Both the position numbers and the translations under genes were made by a program. Of a stretch of DNA of 64,000 bases, positions 45,861 through 58,900 are shown piece by piece. Source of the stretch: Balanoglossus misakiensis (lineage: Eukaryota; Animalia; Hemichordata); NCBI GenBank assembly GCA_040954595.2, contig CM082578.2, forward strand, positions 18,474,452-18,538,451, read 5' to 3'. The notes beneath the pieces were generated by a model. It was not told the origin of the DNA, did no database searches, and worked only from the letters and a program-made list of their open reading frames with translations. Position 1 is the stretch's first letter. Each line of letters starts with the position of its first letter.

Positions 45861-46680
45861 TCTTGGCAGATGAAGTCTGAATGCCAGATAAAGAGAAGAC
45901 ATAGATTGTCAGTCAGCATTTTAGGAGTTTATAATGAGAATGAAGAGAAAACTTATAGATTGTCTTCTTTTCTATTAAAGTGTCACAATCTCTCTTTTTG
46001 AGCTTTGAATGTTGTCAAGTATACATTGAATACTTGCATTAGATTTCTGTGTTAAAATATAATGATTTTTAACTTCATCATTCTGTATCAAACAAAATTA
46101 ATCTCTAAAAGATAAAAAACAGAGAATGTTGCTGTTTAATCTATTTATCCAGTGGGGACTATGACATTGACTTTCCTTACTTGTTCCCTAGAGCCCACTG
46201 GTTATATGTTATGATAAGGAAGGATTCAGATTAGGACACAGTATTACTTATCTAACTGTAGCCTAAATGTCCATAGATACAGTATTTCTTAGAATCACAA
46301 GTTTGCACAGAGCAAACTTTGTTCAGCGAATTTTGCAGTCAAAGCAAATTGATTCAATCTGTGAAATTGTTTGTGCCATTTCAGCCAGCACACTCAAACA
46401 CTAACCCTAACCCTAACTCTAACCCTAACCTTAACCCTTACCCTAACCCTTACCCTAACAACTAATACTTAGGCTGGAATGGTATAAACAGGCTCAGGGA
46501 AACTCTTTTTAATAATGGGCTCCAATTTGTTCACCAGTTAAAAGTTCACAGATGAAAATATGTTTATGTATTGTATTTTAATTCAATTCAATTACCTGTC
46601 ATTCCCAAAACCTGATAGTGAAGGTCAGGAAAATTAATAAATTTGAATTGTATGGGTACAGAAATGTCCTCTATGTATGC
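45860..46680 (+). repeat. Copy 2 of the diverged direct duplication
   Basis: See the matches listed for 36170-37140. Confidence 0.85.
46401..46459 (-). repeat. Interstitial telomeric-like tract (CCCTAA)~10, opposite in orientation to the terminal telomere
   Basis: ctaaccctaaccctaactctaaccctaaccttaacccttaccctaacccttaccctaac. Confidence 0.9.
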
Positions 46681-46685
46681 ATTTA

Positions 46686-46925
46686 TGACCCCAACCCTGA
46701 CCCGTTACACCCCGCTGTTGCGGCAGACACTTGACCCCAACCCTGACCTGTTCCACCCCGCCGTTGCGGCAGACACTTGACCCCAACCCTGCCCCGTTCC
46801 ACCCTGCCATTGTGGCAGACACTTGACCCCAACCCTGCCCCCTTCCACCCTGCCGTTGCTGCAGACATTTGACCCCAAACCTGCCCCGTTACACCCCGCC
46901 GTTGCCTCAGACACTTGACCCCAAC
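46686..46925. repeat. 46-bp C-rich minisatellite, ~5 copies
   Basis: tgaccccaaccctg...gcagacact units start at 46686, 46732, 46778, 46824 and 46870, with a partial unit at 46916. Confidence 0.9.
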
Positions 46926-46929
46926 GACA

Positions 46930-49900
46930 AGAAGTGGAGGGCAACCTGGCCCCCTTTGACCGCGACGTTACGACCGGAAGTGGAGGGGAACCTGATACCC
47001 AACCCCTTCGACCGCCAGGTTACGGCCGGAAGTGGAGGGGAACCTGATACCCAACCCCTTCGAACGCCAGGCTACGGCCGGAAGTGGAGGCCAACCTGAT
47101 ACCTAACCCCTTCGACCGCCAGGCTACGGCCGGAAGTGGAGGCCAACCAGATACCCAACCCCTTCGACCGCCAGGCTACGGCCGGAAGTGGAGGCCAACC
47201 TGATACCCAACCCCTTCGACCGCCAGGCTACGGCCGGAAGTGGAGGCCAACCTGATACCCAACCCCTTCGACCGCCAGGCTACGGCCGGAAGTGGAGGCC
47301 AACCTGATACCCAACCCCTTCGACCGCCAGGCTACGGCCGGAAGTGGAGGCCAACCTGATACCCAACCCCTTCGACCGCCAGGCTACGGCCGGAAGTGGA
47401 GGCCAACCTGATACCCAACCCCTTCGACCGCCAGGCTACGGCCGGAAGTGGAGGCCAACCTGATACCCAACCCCTTCGACCGCCAGGCTACGGCCGGAAG
47501 TGGAGGCCAACCTGATACCCAACCCCTTCGACCGCCAGGCTACGGCCGGAAGTGGAGGCCAACCTGATACCCAACCCCTTCGACCGCCAGGCTACGGCCG
47601 GAAGTGGAGGCCAACCTGATACCCAACCCCTTCGACCGCCAGGCTACGGCCGGAAGTGGAGGCCAACCTGATACCCAACCCCTTCGACCGCCAGGCTACG
47701 GCCGGAAGTGGAGGCCAACCTGATACCCAACCCCTTCGACCGCCAGGCTACGGCCGGAAGTGGAGGCCAACCTGATACCCAACCCCTTCGACCGCCAGGC
47801 TACGGCCGGAAGTGGAGGCCAACCTGATACCCAACCCCTTCGACCGCCAGGCTACGGCCGGAAGTGGAGGCCAACCTGATACCCAACCCCTTCGACCGCC
47901 AGGCTACGGCCGGAAGTGGAGGCCAACCTGATACCCAACCCCTTCGACCGCCAGGCTACGGCCGGAAGTGGAGGCCAACCTGATACCCAACCCCTTCGAC
48001 CGCCAGGCTACGGCCGGAAGTGGAGGCCAACCTGATACCCAACCCCTACGACCGCCAGGCTACGGCCGGAAGTGGAGGCCTACCTGATACCCAACCCCTT
48101 CGACCGCCAGGCTACGGCCCGCCAGGCTACGGCCGGAAGTGGAGGCCAACCAGATACCCAACCCCTTCGACCGCCAGGCTACGGCCGGAAGTGGAGGCCA
48201 ACCTGATACCCAACCCCTTCGACCGCCAGGCTACGGCCGGAAGTGGAGGCCAACCTGATACCCAACCCCTTCGACCGCCAGGCTACGGCCGGAAGTTGAG
48301 GCCAACCTGATACCCAACCCCTTCGACCGCCAGGCTACGGCCGGAAGTGGAGGCCAACCTGATACCCAACCCCTTCGACCGCCAGGCTACGGCCGGAAGT
48401 GGAGGCCAACCTGATACCCAACCCCTTCGACCGCCAGGCTACGGCCGGAAGTGGAGGCCAACCTGATACCCAACCCCTTCGACCGCCAGGCTACGGCCGG
48501 AAGTGGAGGCCAACCTGATACCCAACCCCTTCGACCGCCAGGCTACGGCCGGAAGTGGAGGCCAACCTGATACCCAACCCCTTCGACCGCCAGGCTACGG
48601 CCGGAAGTGGAGGCCAACCTGATACCCAACCCCTTCGACCGCCAGGCTACGGCCGGAAGTGGAGGCCAACCTGATACCCAACCCCTTCGACCGCCAGGCT
48701 ACGGCCGGAAGTGGAGGCCAACCTGATACCCAACCCCTTCGACCGCCAGGCTACGGCCGGAAGTGGAGGCCAACCTGATACCCAACCCCTTCGACCGCCA
48801 GGCTACGGCCGGAAGTGGAGGCCTACCTGATACCCTACCCCTTCGACCGCCAGGCTACGGCCCGCCAGGCTACGGCCGGAAGTGGAGGCCAACCAGATAC
48901 CCAACCCCTTCGACCGCCAGGCTACGGCCGGAAGTGGAGGCCAACCTGATACCCAACCCCTTCGACCGCCAGGCTACGGCCGGAAGTGGAGGCCAACCTG
49001 ATACCCAACCCCTTCGACCGCCAGGCTACGGCCGGAAGTGGAGGCCAACCTGATACCCAACCCCTTCGACCGCCAGGCTACGGCCGGAAGTGGAGGCCAA
49101 CCTGATACCCAACCCCTTCGACCGCCAGGCTACGGCCGGAAGTGGAGGCCAACCTGATACCCAACCACTTCGACCGCCAGGCTACGGCCGGAAGTGGAGG
49201 CCAACCTGATACCCAACCCCTTCGACCGCCAGGCTACGGCCGGAAGTGGAGGCCAACCTGATACCCAACCCCTTCGACCGCCAGGCTACGGCCGGAAGTG
49301 GAGGCCAACCTGATACCCAACCCCTTCGACCGCCAGGCTACGGCCGGAAGTGGAGGCCAACCTGATACCCAACCCCTTCGACCGCCAGGCTACGGCCGGA
49401 AGTGGAGGCCAACCTGATACCCAACCCCTTCGACCGCCAGGCTACGGCCGGAAGTGGAGGCCAACCTGATACCCAACCCCTTCGACCGCCAGGCTACGGC
49501 CGGAAGTGGAGGCCAACCTGATACCCAACCCCTTCGACCGCCAGGCTACGGCCGGAAGTGGAGGCCAACCTGATACCCAACCCCTTCGACCGCCAGGCTA
49601 CGGCCGGAAGTGGAGGCCAACCTGATACCCAACCCCTTCGACCGCCAGGCTACGGCCGGAAGTGGAGGCCAACCTGATACCCAACCCCTTCGACCGCCAG
49701 GCTACGGCCGGAAGTGGAGGCCAACCTGATACCCAACCCCTTCGACCGCCAGGCTACGGCCCGCCAGGCTACGGCCGGAAGTGGAGGCCAACCAGATACC
49801 CAACCCCTTCGACCGCCAGGCTACGGCCGGAAGTGGAGGCCAACCTGATACCCAACCCCTTCGACCGCCAGGCTACGGCCGGAAGTGGAGGCCAACCTGA

Positions 49901-52900
49901 TACCCAACCCCTTCGACCGCCAGGCTACGGCCGGAAGTGGAGGCCAACCTGATACCCAACCCCTTCGACCGCCAGGCTACGGCCGGAAGTGGAGGCCAAC
50001 CTGATACCCAACCCCTTCGACCGCCAGGCTACGGCCGGAAGTGGAGGCCAACCTGATACCCAACCCCTTCGACCGCCAGGCTACGGCCGGAAGTGGAGGC
50101 CAACCTGATACCCAACCCCTTCGACCGCCAGGCTACGGCCGGAAGTGGAGGCCAACCTGATACCCAACCCCTTCGACCGCCAGGCTACGGCCGGAAGTGG
50201 AGGCCAACCTGATACCCAACCCCTTCGACCGCCAGGCTACGGCCGGAAGTGGAGGCCAACCTGATACCCAACCCCTTCGACCGCCAGGCTACGGCCGGAA
50301 GTGGAGGCCAACCAGATACCCAACCTCTTCGACCGCCAGGCTACGGCCGGAAGTGGAGGCCAACCTGATACACAACCCCTTCGACCGCCAGGCTACGGCC
50401 GGAAGTGGAGGCCAACCTGATACCCAACCCCTTCGACCGCCAGGCTACGGCCGGAAGTGGAGGCCAACCTGATACCCAACCCCTTCGACCGCCAGGCTAC
50501 GGCCGGAAGTGGAGGCCAACCTGATACCCAACCCCTTCGACCGCCAGGCTACGGCCGGAAGTGGAGGCCAACCTGATACCCAACCCCTTCGACCGCCAGG
50601 CTACGGCCGGAAGTGGAGGCCTACCTGATACCCTACCCCTTCGACCGCCAGGCTACGGCCCGCCAGGCTACGGCCGGAAGTGGAGGCCAACCTGATACCC
50701 AACCCCTTCGACCGCCAGGCTACGGCCGGAAGTGGAGGCCAACCTGATACCCAACCCCTTCGACCGCCAGGCTACGGCCGGAAGTGGAGGCCAACCTGAT
50801 ACCCAACCCCTTCGACCGCCAGGCTACGGCCGGAAGTGCAGGCCAACCTGATACCCAACCCCTTCGACCGCCAGGCTACGGCCGGAAGTGGAGGCCAACC
50901 TGATACCCAACCCCTTCGACCGCCAGGCTACGGCCGGAAGTGGAGGCCAACCTGATACCCAACCCCTTCGACCGCCAGGCTACGGCCGGAAGTGGAGGCC
51001 AACCTGATACCCAACCCCTTCGACCGCCAGGCTACGGCCGGAAGTGGAGGCCAACCTGATACCCAACCCCTTCGACCGCCAGGCTACGGCCGGAAGTGGA
51101 GGCCAACCTGATACCCAACCCCTTCGACCGCCAGGCTACGGCCGGAAGTGGAGGCCAACCTGATACCCAACCCCTTCGACCGCCAGGCTACGGCCGGAAG
51201 TGGAGGCCAACCTGATACCCAACCCCTTCGACCGCCAGGCTACGGCCGGAAGTGGAGGCCAACCTGATACCCAACCCCTTCGACCGCCAGGCTACGGCCG
51301 GAAGTGGAGGCCAACCTGATACCCAACCCCTTCGACCGCCAGGCTACGGCCGGAAGTGGAGGCCAACCTGATACCCAACCCCTTCGACCGCCAGGCTACG
51401 GCCGGAAGTGGAGGCCAACCTGATACCCAACCCCTTCGACCGCCAGGCTACGGCCGGAAGTGGAGGCCAACCTGATACCCAACCCCTTCGACCGCCAGGC
51501 TACGGCCGGAAGTGGAGGCCAACCTGATACCCAACCCCTTCGACCGCCAGGCTACGGCCGGAAGTGGAGGCCAACCAGATACCCAACCCCTTCGACCGCC
51601 AGGCTACGGCCCGCCAGGCTACGGCCGGAAGTGGAGGCCAACCAGATACCCAACCCCTTCGACCGCCAGGCTACGGCCGGAAGTGGAGGCCAACCTGATA
51701 CCCAACCCCTTCGACCGCCAGGCTACGGCCGGAAGTGGAGGCCAACCTGATACCCAACCCCTTCGACCGCCAGGCTACGGCCGGAAGTGGAGGCCAACCT
51801 GATACCCAACCCCTTCGACCGCCAGGCTACGGCCGGAAGTGGAGGCCAACCAGATACCCAACCCCTTCGACCGCCAGGCTACGGCCGGCGGTGGAGGCCA
51901 ACCTGATACACAACCCCTTCGACCGCCAGGCTACGGCCGGAAGTGGAGGCCAACCAGATACCCAACCCCTTCGACCGCCAGGCTACGGCCGGAAGTGGAG
52001 GCCAACCAGATACCCAACCCCTTCGACCGCCAGGCTACGGCCGGAAGTGGAGGCCAACCTGATACCCAACCCCTTCGACCGCCAGGCTACGGCCGGAAGT
52101 GGAGGCCAACCTGATACCCAACCCCTTCGACCGCCAGGCTACGGCCGGAAGTGGAGGCCAACCTGATACCCAACCCCTTCGACCGCCAGGCTACGGCCGG
52201 AAGTGGAGGCCAACCTGATACCCAACCCCTTCGACCGCCAGGCTACGGCCGGAAGTGGAGGCCAACCTGATACCCAACCCCTTCGACCGCCAGGCTACGG
52301 CCGGAAGTGGAGGCCAACCTGATACCCAACCCCTTCGACCGCCAGGCTACGGCCGGAAGTGGAGGCCAACCTGATACCCAACCCCTTCGACCGCCAGGCT
52401 ACGGCCGGAAGTGGAGGCCAACCTGATACCCAACCCCTTCGACCGCCAGGCTACGGCCGGAAGTGGAGGCCAACCTGATACCCAACCCCTTCGACCGCCA
52501 GGCTACGGCCGGAAGTGGAGGCCAACCAGATACCCAACCCCTTCGACCGCCAGGCTACGGCCGGAAGTGGAGGCCAACCTGATACCCAACCCCTTCGACC
52601 GCCAGGCTACGGCCGGAAGTGGAGGCCAACCTGATACCCAACCCCTTCGACCGCCAGGCTACGGCCGGAAGTGGAGGCCAACCTGATACCCAACCCCTTC
52701 GACCGCCAGGCTACGGCCGGAAGTGGAGGCCAACCAGATACCCAACCCCTTCGACCGCCAGGCTACGGCCGGAAGTGGAGGCCAACCTGATACCCAACCC
52801 CTTCGACCGCCAGGCTACGGCCGGAAGTGGAGGCCAACCTGATACCCAACCCCTTCGACCGCCAGGCTACGGCCGGAAGTGGAGGCCAACCTGATACCCA

Positions 52901-55900
52901 ACCCCTTCGACCGCCAGGCTACGGCCGGAAGTGGAGGCCAACCTGATACCCAACCCCTTCGACCGCCAGGCTACGGCCGGAAGTGGAGGCCAACCTGATA
53001 CCCAACCCCTTCGACCGCCAGGCTACGGCCGGAAGTGGAGGCCAACCTGATACCCAACCCCTTCGACCGCCAGGCTACGGCCGGAAGTGGAGGCCAACCT
53101 GATACCCAACCCCTTCGACCGCCAGGCTACGGCCGGAAGTGGAGGCCAACCTGATACCCAACCCCTTCGACCGCCAGGCTACGGCCGGAAGTGGAGGCCT
53201 ACCTGATACCCAACCCCTTCGACCGCCAGGCTACGGCCCGCCAGGCTACGGCCGGAAGTGGAGGCCAACCAGATACCCAACCCCTTCGACCGCCAGGCTA
53301 CGGCCGGAAGTGGAGGCCAACCTGATACCCAACCCCTTCGACCGCCAGGCTACGGCCGGAAGTGGAGGCCAACCTGATACCCAACCCCTTCGACCGCCAG
53401 GCTACGGCCGGAAGTGGAGGCCAACCTGATACCCAACCCCTTCGACCGCCAGGCTACGGCCGGAAGTGGAGGCCTACCTGATACCCAACCCCTTCGACCG
53501 CCAGGCTACGACCGGAAGTGGAGGCCAACCTGATACCCAACCCCTTCGACCGCCAGGCTACGGCCGGAAGTGGAGGCCAACCTGATACCCAACCCCTTCG
53601 ACCGCCAGGCTACGGCCGGAAGTGGAGGCCAACCTGATACCCAACCCCTTCGACCGCCAGGCTACGGCCCGCCAGGCTACGGCCGGAAGTGGAGGCCAAC
53701 CAGATACCCAACCCCTTCGACCGCCAGGCTACGGCCGGAAGTGGAGGCCAACCTGATACCCAACCCCTTCGACCGCCAGGCTACGGCCGGAAGTGGAGGC
53801 CAACCTGATACCCAACCCCTTCGACCACCAGGCTACGGCCGGAAGTGGAGGCCAACCTGATACCCAACCCCTTCGACCGCCAGGCTACGGCCGGAAGTGG
53901 AGGCCAACCTGATACCCAACCCCTTCGACCGCCAGGCTACGGCCGGAAGTGGAGGCCAACCTGATACCCAACCCCTTCGACCGCCAGGCTACGGCCGGAA
54001 GTGGAGGCCTACCTGATACCCAACCCCTTCGACCGCCAGGCTACGGCCGGAAGTGGAGGCCTACCTGATACCCAACCCCTTCGACCGCCAGGCTACGGCC
54101 GGAAGTGGAGGCCAACCTGATACCCAACCCCTTCGACCGCCAGGCTACGGCCGGAAGTGGAGGCCTACCTGATACCCAACCCCTTCGACCGCCAGGCTAC
54201 GGCCCGCCAGGCTACGGCCGGAAGTGGAGGCCAACCAGATACCCAACCCCTTCGACCGCCAGGCTACGGCCGGAAGTGGAGGCCAACCTGATACCCAACC
54301 CCTTCGACCGCCAGGCTACGGCCGGAAGTGGAGGCCAACCTGATACCCAACCCCTTCGACCGCCAGGCTACGGCCGGAAGTGGAGGCCAACCTGATACCC
54401 AACCCCTTCGACTGCCAGGCTACGGCCGGAAGTGGAGGCCAACCTGATACCCAACCCCTTCGACCGCCAGGCTACGGCCGGAAGTGGAGGCCAACCTGAT
54501 ACCCAACCCCTTCGACCGCCAGGCTACGGTCGGAAGTGGAGGCCAACCTGATACCCAACCCCTTTGACCGCCAGGCTACGGCCGGAAGTGGAGGCCAACC
54601 TGATACCCAACCCCTTCGACCGCCAGGCTACGGCCGGAAGTGGAGGCCAACCTGATACCCAACCCCTTCGACCGCCAGGCTACGGCCGGAAGTGGAGGCC
54701 AACCTGATACCCAACCCCTTCGACCGCCAGGCTACGGCCGGAAGTGGAGGCCAACCTGATACCCAACCCCTTCGACCGCCAGGCTACGGCCGGAAGTGGA
54801 GGCCTACCTGATACCCAACCCCTTCGACCGCCAGGCTATGGCCCGCCAGGCTACGGCCGGAAGTGGAGGCCAACCAGATACCCAACCCCTTCGACCGCCA
54901 GGCTACGGCCGGAAGTGGAGGCCAACCTGATACCCAACCCCTTCGACCGCCAGGCTACGGCCGGAAGTGGGGGCCAACCTGATACCCAACCCCTTCGACT
55001 GCCAGGCTACGGCCGGAAGTGGAGGCCAACCTGATACCCAACCCCTTCGACCGCCAGGCTACGGCCGGAAGTGGAGGCCAACCTGATACCCAACCCCTTA
55101 GACCGCCAGGCTACGGCCGGAAGTGGAGGCCAACCTGATACCCAACCCCTTCGACCGCCAGGCTACGGCCGGAAGTGGAGGCTAACCTGATACCCAACCC
55201 CTTCGACCGCCAGGCTACGGCCGGAAGTGGAGGCCAACCTGATACCCAACCCCTTCGACCGCCAGGCTACGGCCGGAAGTGGAGGCCAACCTGATACCCA
55301 ACCCCTTCGACCGCCAGGCTACGGCCGGAAGTGGAGGCCAACCTGATACCCAACCCCTTCGACCGCCAGGCTACGGCCGGAAGTGGAGGCCAACCTGATA
55401 CCCAACCCCTTCGACCGCCAGGCTACGGCCGGAAGTGGAGGCCAACCTGATACCCAACCCCTTCGACCGCCAGGCTACGGCCGGAAGTGGAGGCCAACCT
55501 GATACCCAACCCCTTCGACCGCCAGGCTACGGCCGGAAGTGGAGGCCAACCTGATACCCAACCCCTTCGACCGCCAGGCTACGGCCGGAAGTGGAGGCCA
55601 ACCTGATACCCAACCCCTTCGACCGCCAGGCTACGGCCGGAAGTGGAGGCCAACCTGATACCCAACCCCTTCGACCGCCAGGCTACGGCCGGAAGTGGAG
55701 GCCAACCAGATACCCAACCCCTTCGACCGCCAGGCTACGGCCCGCCAGGCTACGGCCGGAAGTGGAGGCCAACCAGATACCCAACCCCTTCGACCGCCAG
55801 GCTACGGCCCGCCAGGCTACGGCCGGAAGTGGAGGCCAACCAGATACCCAACCCCTTCGACCGCCAGGCTACGGCCGGAAGTGGAGGCCAACCAGATACC

Positions 55901-58900
55901 CAACCCCTTCGACCGCCAGGCTACGGCCGGAAGTGGAGGCCAACCAGATACCCAACCCCTTCGACCGCCAGGCTACGGCCGGAAGTGGAGGCCAACCAGA
56001 TACCCAACCCCTTCGACCGCCAGGCTACGGCCGGAAGTGGAGGCCAACCTGATACCCAACCCCTTCGACCGCCAGGCTACGGCCGGAAGTGGAGGCCAAC
56101 CTGATACCCAACCCCTTCGACCGCCAGGCTACGGCCGGAAGTGGAGGCCAACCTGATACCCAACCCCTTCGACCGCCAGGCTACGGCCGGAAGTGGAGGC
56201 CAACCAGATACCCAACCCCTTCGACCGCCAGGCTACGGCCGGAAGTGGAGGCCAACCAGATACCCAACCCCTTCGACCGCCAGGCTACGGCCGGAAGTGG
56301 AGGCCAACCAGATACCCAACCCCTTCGACCGCCAGGCTACGGCCGGAAGTGGAGGCCAACCAGATACCCAACCCCTTCGACCGCCAGGCTACGGCCGGAA
56401 GTGGAGGCCAACCAGATACCCAACCCCTTCGACCGCCAGGCTACGGCCGGAAGTGGAGGCCAACCTGATACCCAACCCCTTCGACCGCCAGGCTACGGCC
56501 GGAAGTGGAGGCCAACCTGATACCCAACCCCTTCGACCGCCAGGCTACGGCCGGAAGTGGAGGCCAACCTGATACCCAACCCCTTCGACCGCCAGGCTAC
56601 GGCCGGAAGTGGAGGCCAACCTGATACCCAACCCCTTCGACCGCCAGGCTACGGCCGGAAGTGGAGGCCAACCTGATACCCAACCCCTTCGACCGCCAGG
56701 CTACGGCCGGAAGTGGAGGCCAACCTGATACCCAACCCCTTCGACCGCCAGGCTACGGCCGGAAGTGGAGGCCAACCTGATACCCAACCCCTTCGACCGC
56801 CAGGCTACGGCCGGAAGTGGAGGCCAACCTGATACCCAACCCCTTCGACCGCCAGGCTACGGCCGGAAGTGGAGGCCAACCTGATACCCAACCCCTTCGA
56901 CCGCCAGGCTACGGCCGGAAGTGGAGGCCAACCTGATACCCAACCCCTTCGACCGCCAGGCTACGGCCGGAAGTGGAGGCCAACCTGATACCCAACCCCT
57001 TCGACCGCCAGGCTACGGCCGGAAGTGGAGGCCAACCTGATACCCAACCCCTTCGACCGCCAGGCTACGGCCGGAAGTGGAGGCCAACCAGATACCCAAC
57101 CCCTTCGACCGCCAGGCTACGGCCGGAAGTGGAGGCCAACCTGATACCCAACCCCTTCGACCGCCAGGCTACGGCCGGAAGTGGAGGCCAACCTGATACC
57201 CAACCCCTTCGACCGCCAGGCTACGGCCGGAAGTGGAGGCCAACCTGATACCCAACCCCTTCGACCGCCAGGCTACGGCCGGAAGTGGAGGCCAACCAGA
57301 TACCCAACCCCTTCGACCGCCAGGCTACGGCCGGAAGTGGAGGCCAACCAGATACCCAACCCCTTCGACCGCCAGGCTACGGCCGGAAGTGGAGGCCAAC
57401 CTGATACCCAACCCCTTCGACCGCCAGGCTACGGCCGGAAGTGGAGGCCAACCTGATACCCAACCCCTTCGACCGCCAGGCTACGGCCGGAAGTGGAGGC
57501 CAACCTGATACCCAACCCCTTCGACCGCCAGGCTACGGCCGGAAGTGGAGGCCAACCTGATACCCAACCCCTTCGACCGCCAGGCTACGGCCGGAAGTGG
57601 AGGCCAACCTGATACCCAACCCCTTCGACCGCCAGGCTACGGCCGGAAGTGGAGGCCAACCTGATACCCAACCCCTTCGACCGCCAGGCTACGGCCGGAA
57701 GTGGAGGCCAACCTGATACCCAACCCCTTCGACCGCCAGGCTACGGCCGGAAGTGGAGGCCAACCTGATACCCAACCCCTTCGACCGCCAGGCTACGGCC
57801 GGAAGTGGAGGCCAACCTGATACCCAACCCCTTCGACCGCCAGGCTACGGCCGGAAGTGGAGGCCAACCTGATACCCAACCCCTTCGACCGCCAGGCTAC
57901 GGCCGGAAGTGGAGGCCAACCTGATACCCAACCCCTTCGACCGCCAGGCTACGGCCGGAAGTGGAGGCCAACCTGATACCCAACCCCTTCGACCGCCAGG
58001 CTACGGCCGGAAGTGGAGGCCAACCTGATACCCAACCCCTTCGACCGCCAGGCTACGGCCGGAAGTGGAGGCCAACCAGATACCCAACCCCTTCGACCGC
58101 CAGGCTACGGCCGGAAGTGGAGGCCAACCTGATACCCAACCCCTTCGACCGCCAGGCTACGGCCGGAAGTGGAGGCCAACCTGATACCCAACCCCTTCGA
58201 CCGCCAGGCTACGGCCGGAAGTGGAGGCCAACCAGATACCCAACCCCTTCGACCGCCAGGCTACGGCCGGAAGTGGAGGCCAACCTGATACCCAACCCCT
58301 TCGACCGCCAGGCTACGGCCGGAAGTGGAGGCCAACCTGATACCCAACCCCTTCGACCGCCAGGCTACGGCCGGAAGTGGAGGCCAACCTGATACCCAAC
58401 CCCTTCGACCGCCAGGCTACGGCCGGAAGTGGAGGCCAACCAGATACCCAACCCCTTCGACCGCCAGGCTACGGCCGGAAGTGGAGGCCAACCTGATACC
58501 CAACCCCTTCGACCGCCAGGCTACGGCCGGAAGTGGAGGCCAACCTGATACCCAACCCCTTCGACCGCCAGGCTACGGCCGGAAGTGGAGGCCAACCAGA
58601 TACCCAACCCCTTCGACCGCCAGGCTACGGCCGGAAGTGGAGGCCAACCAGATACCCAACCCCTTCGACCGCCAGGCTACGGCCGGAAGTGGAGGCCAAC
58701 CTGATACCCAACCCCTTCGACCGCCAGGCTACGGCCGGAAGTGGAGGCCAACCTGATACCCAACCCCTTCGACCGCCAGGCTACGGCCGGAAGTGGAGGC
58801 CAACCTGATACCCAACCCCTTCGACCGCCAGGCTACGGCCGGAAGTGGAGGCCACCCAGATACCCAACCCCTTCGACCGCCAGGCTACGGCCGGAAGTGG

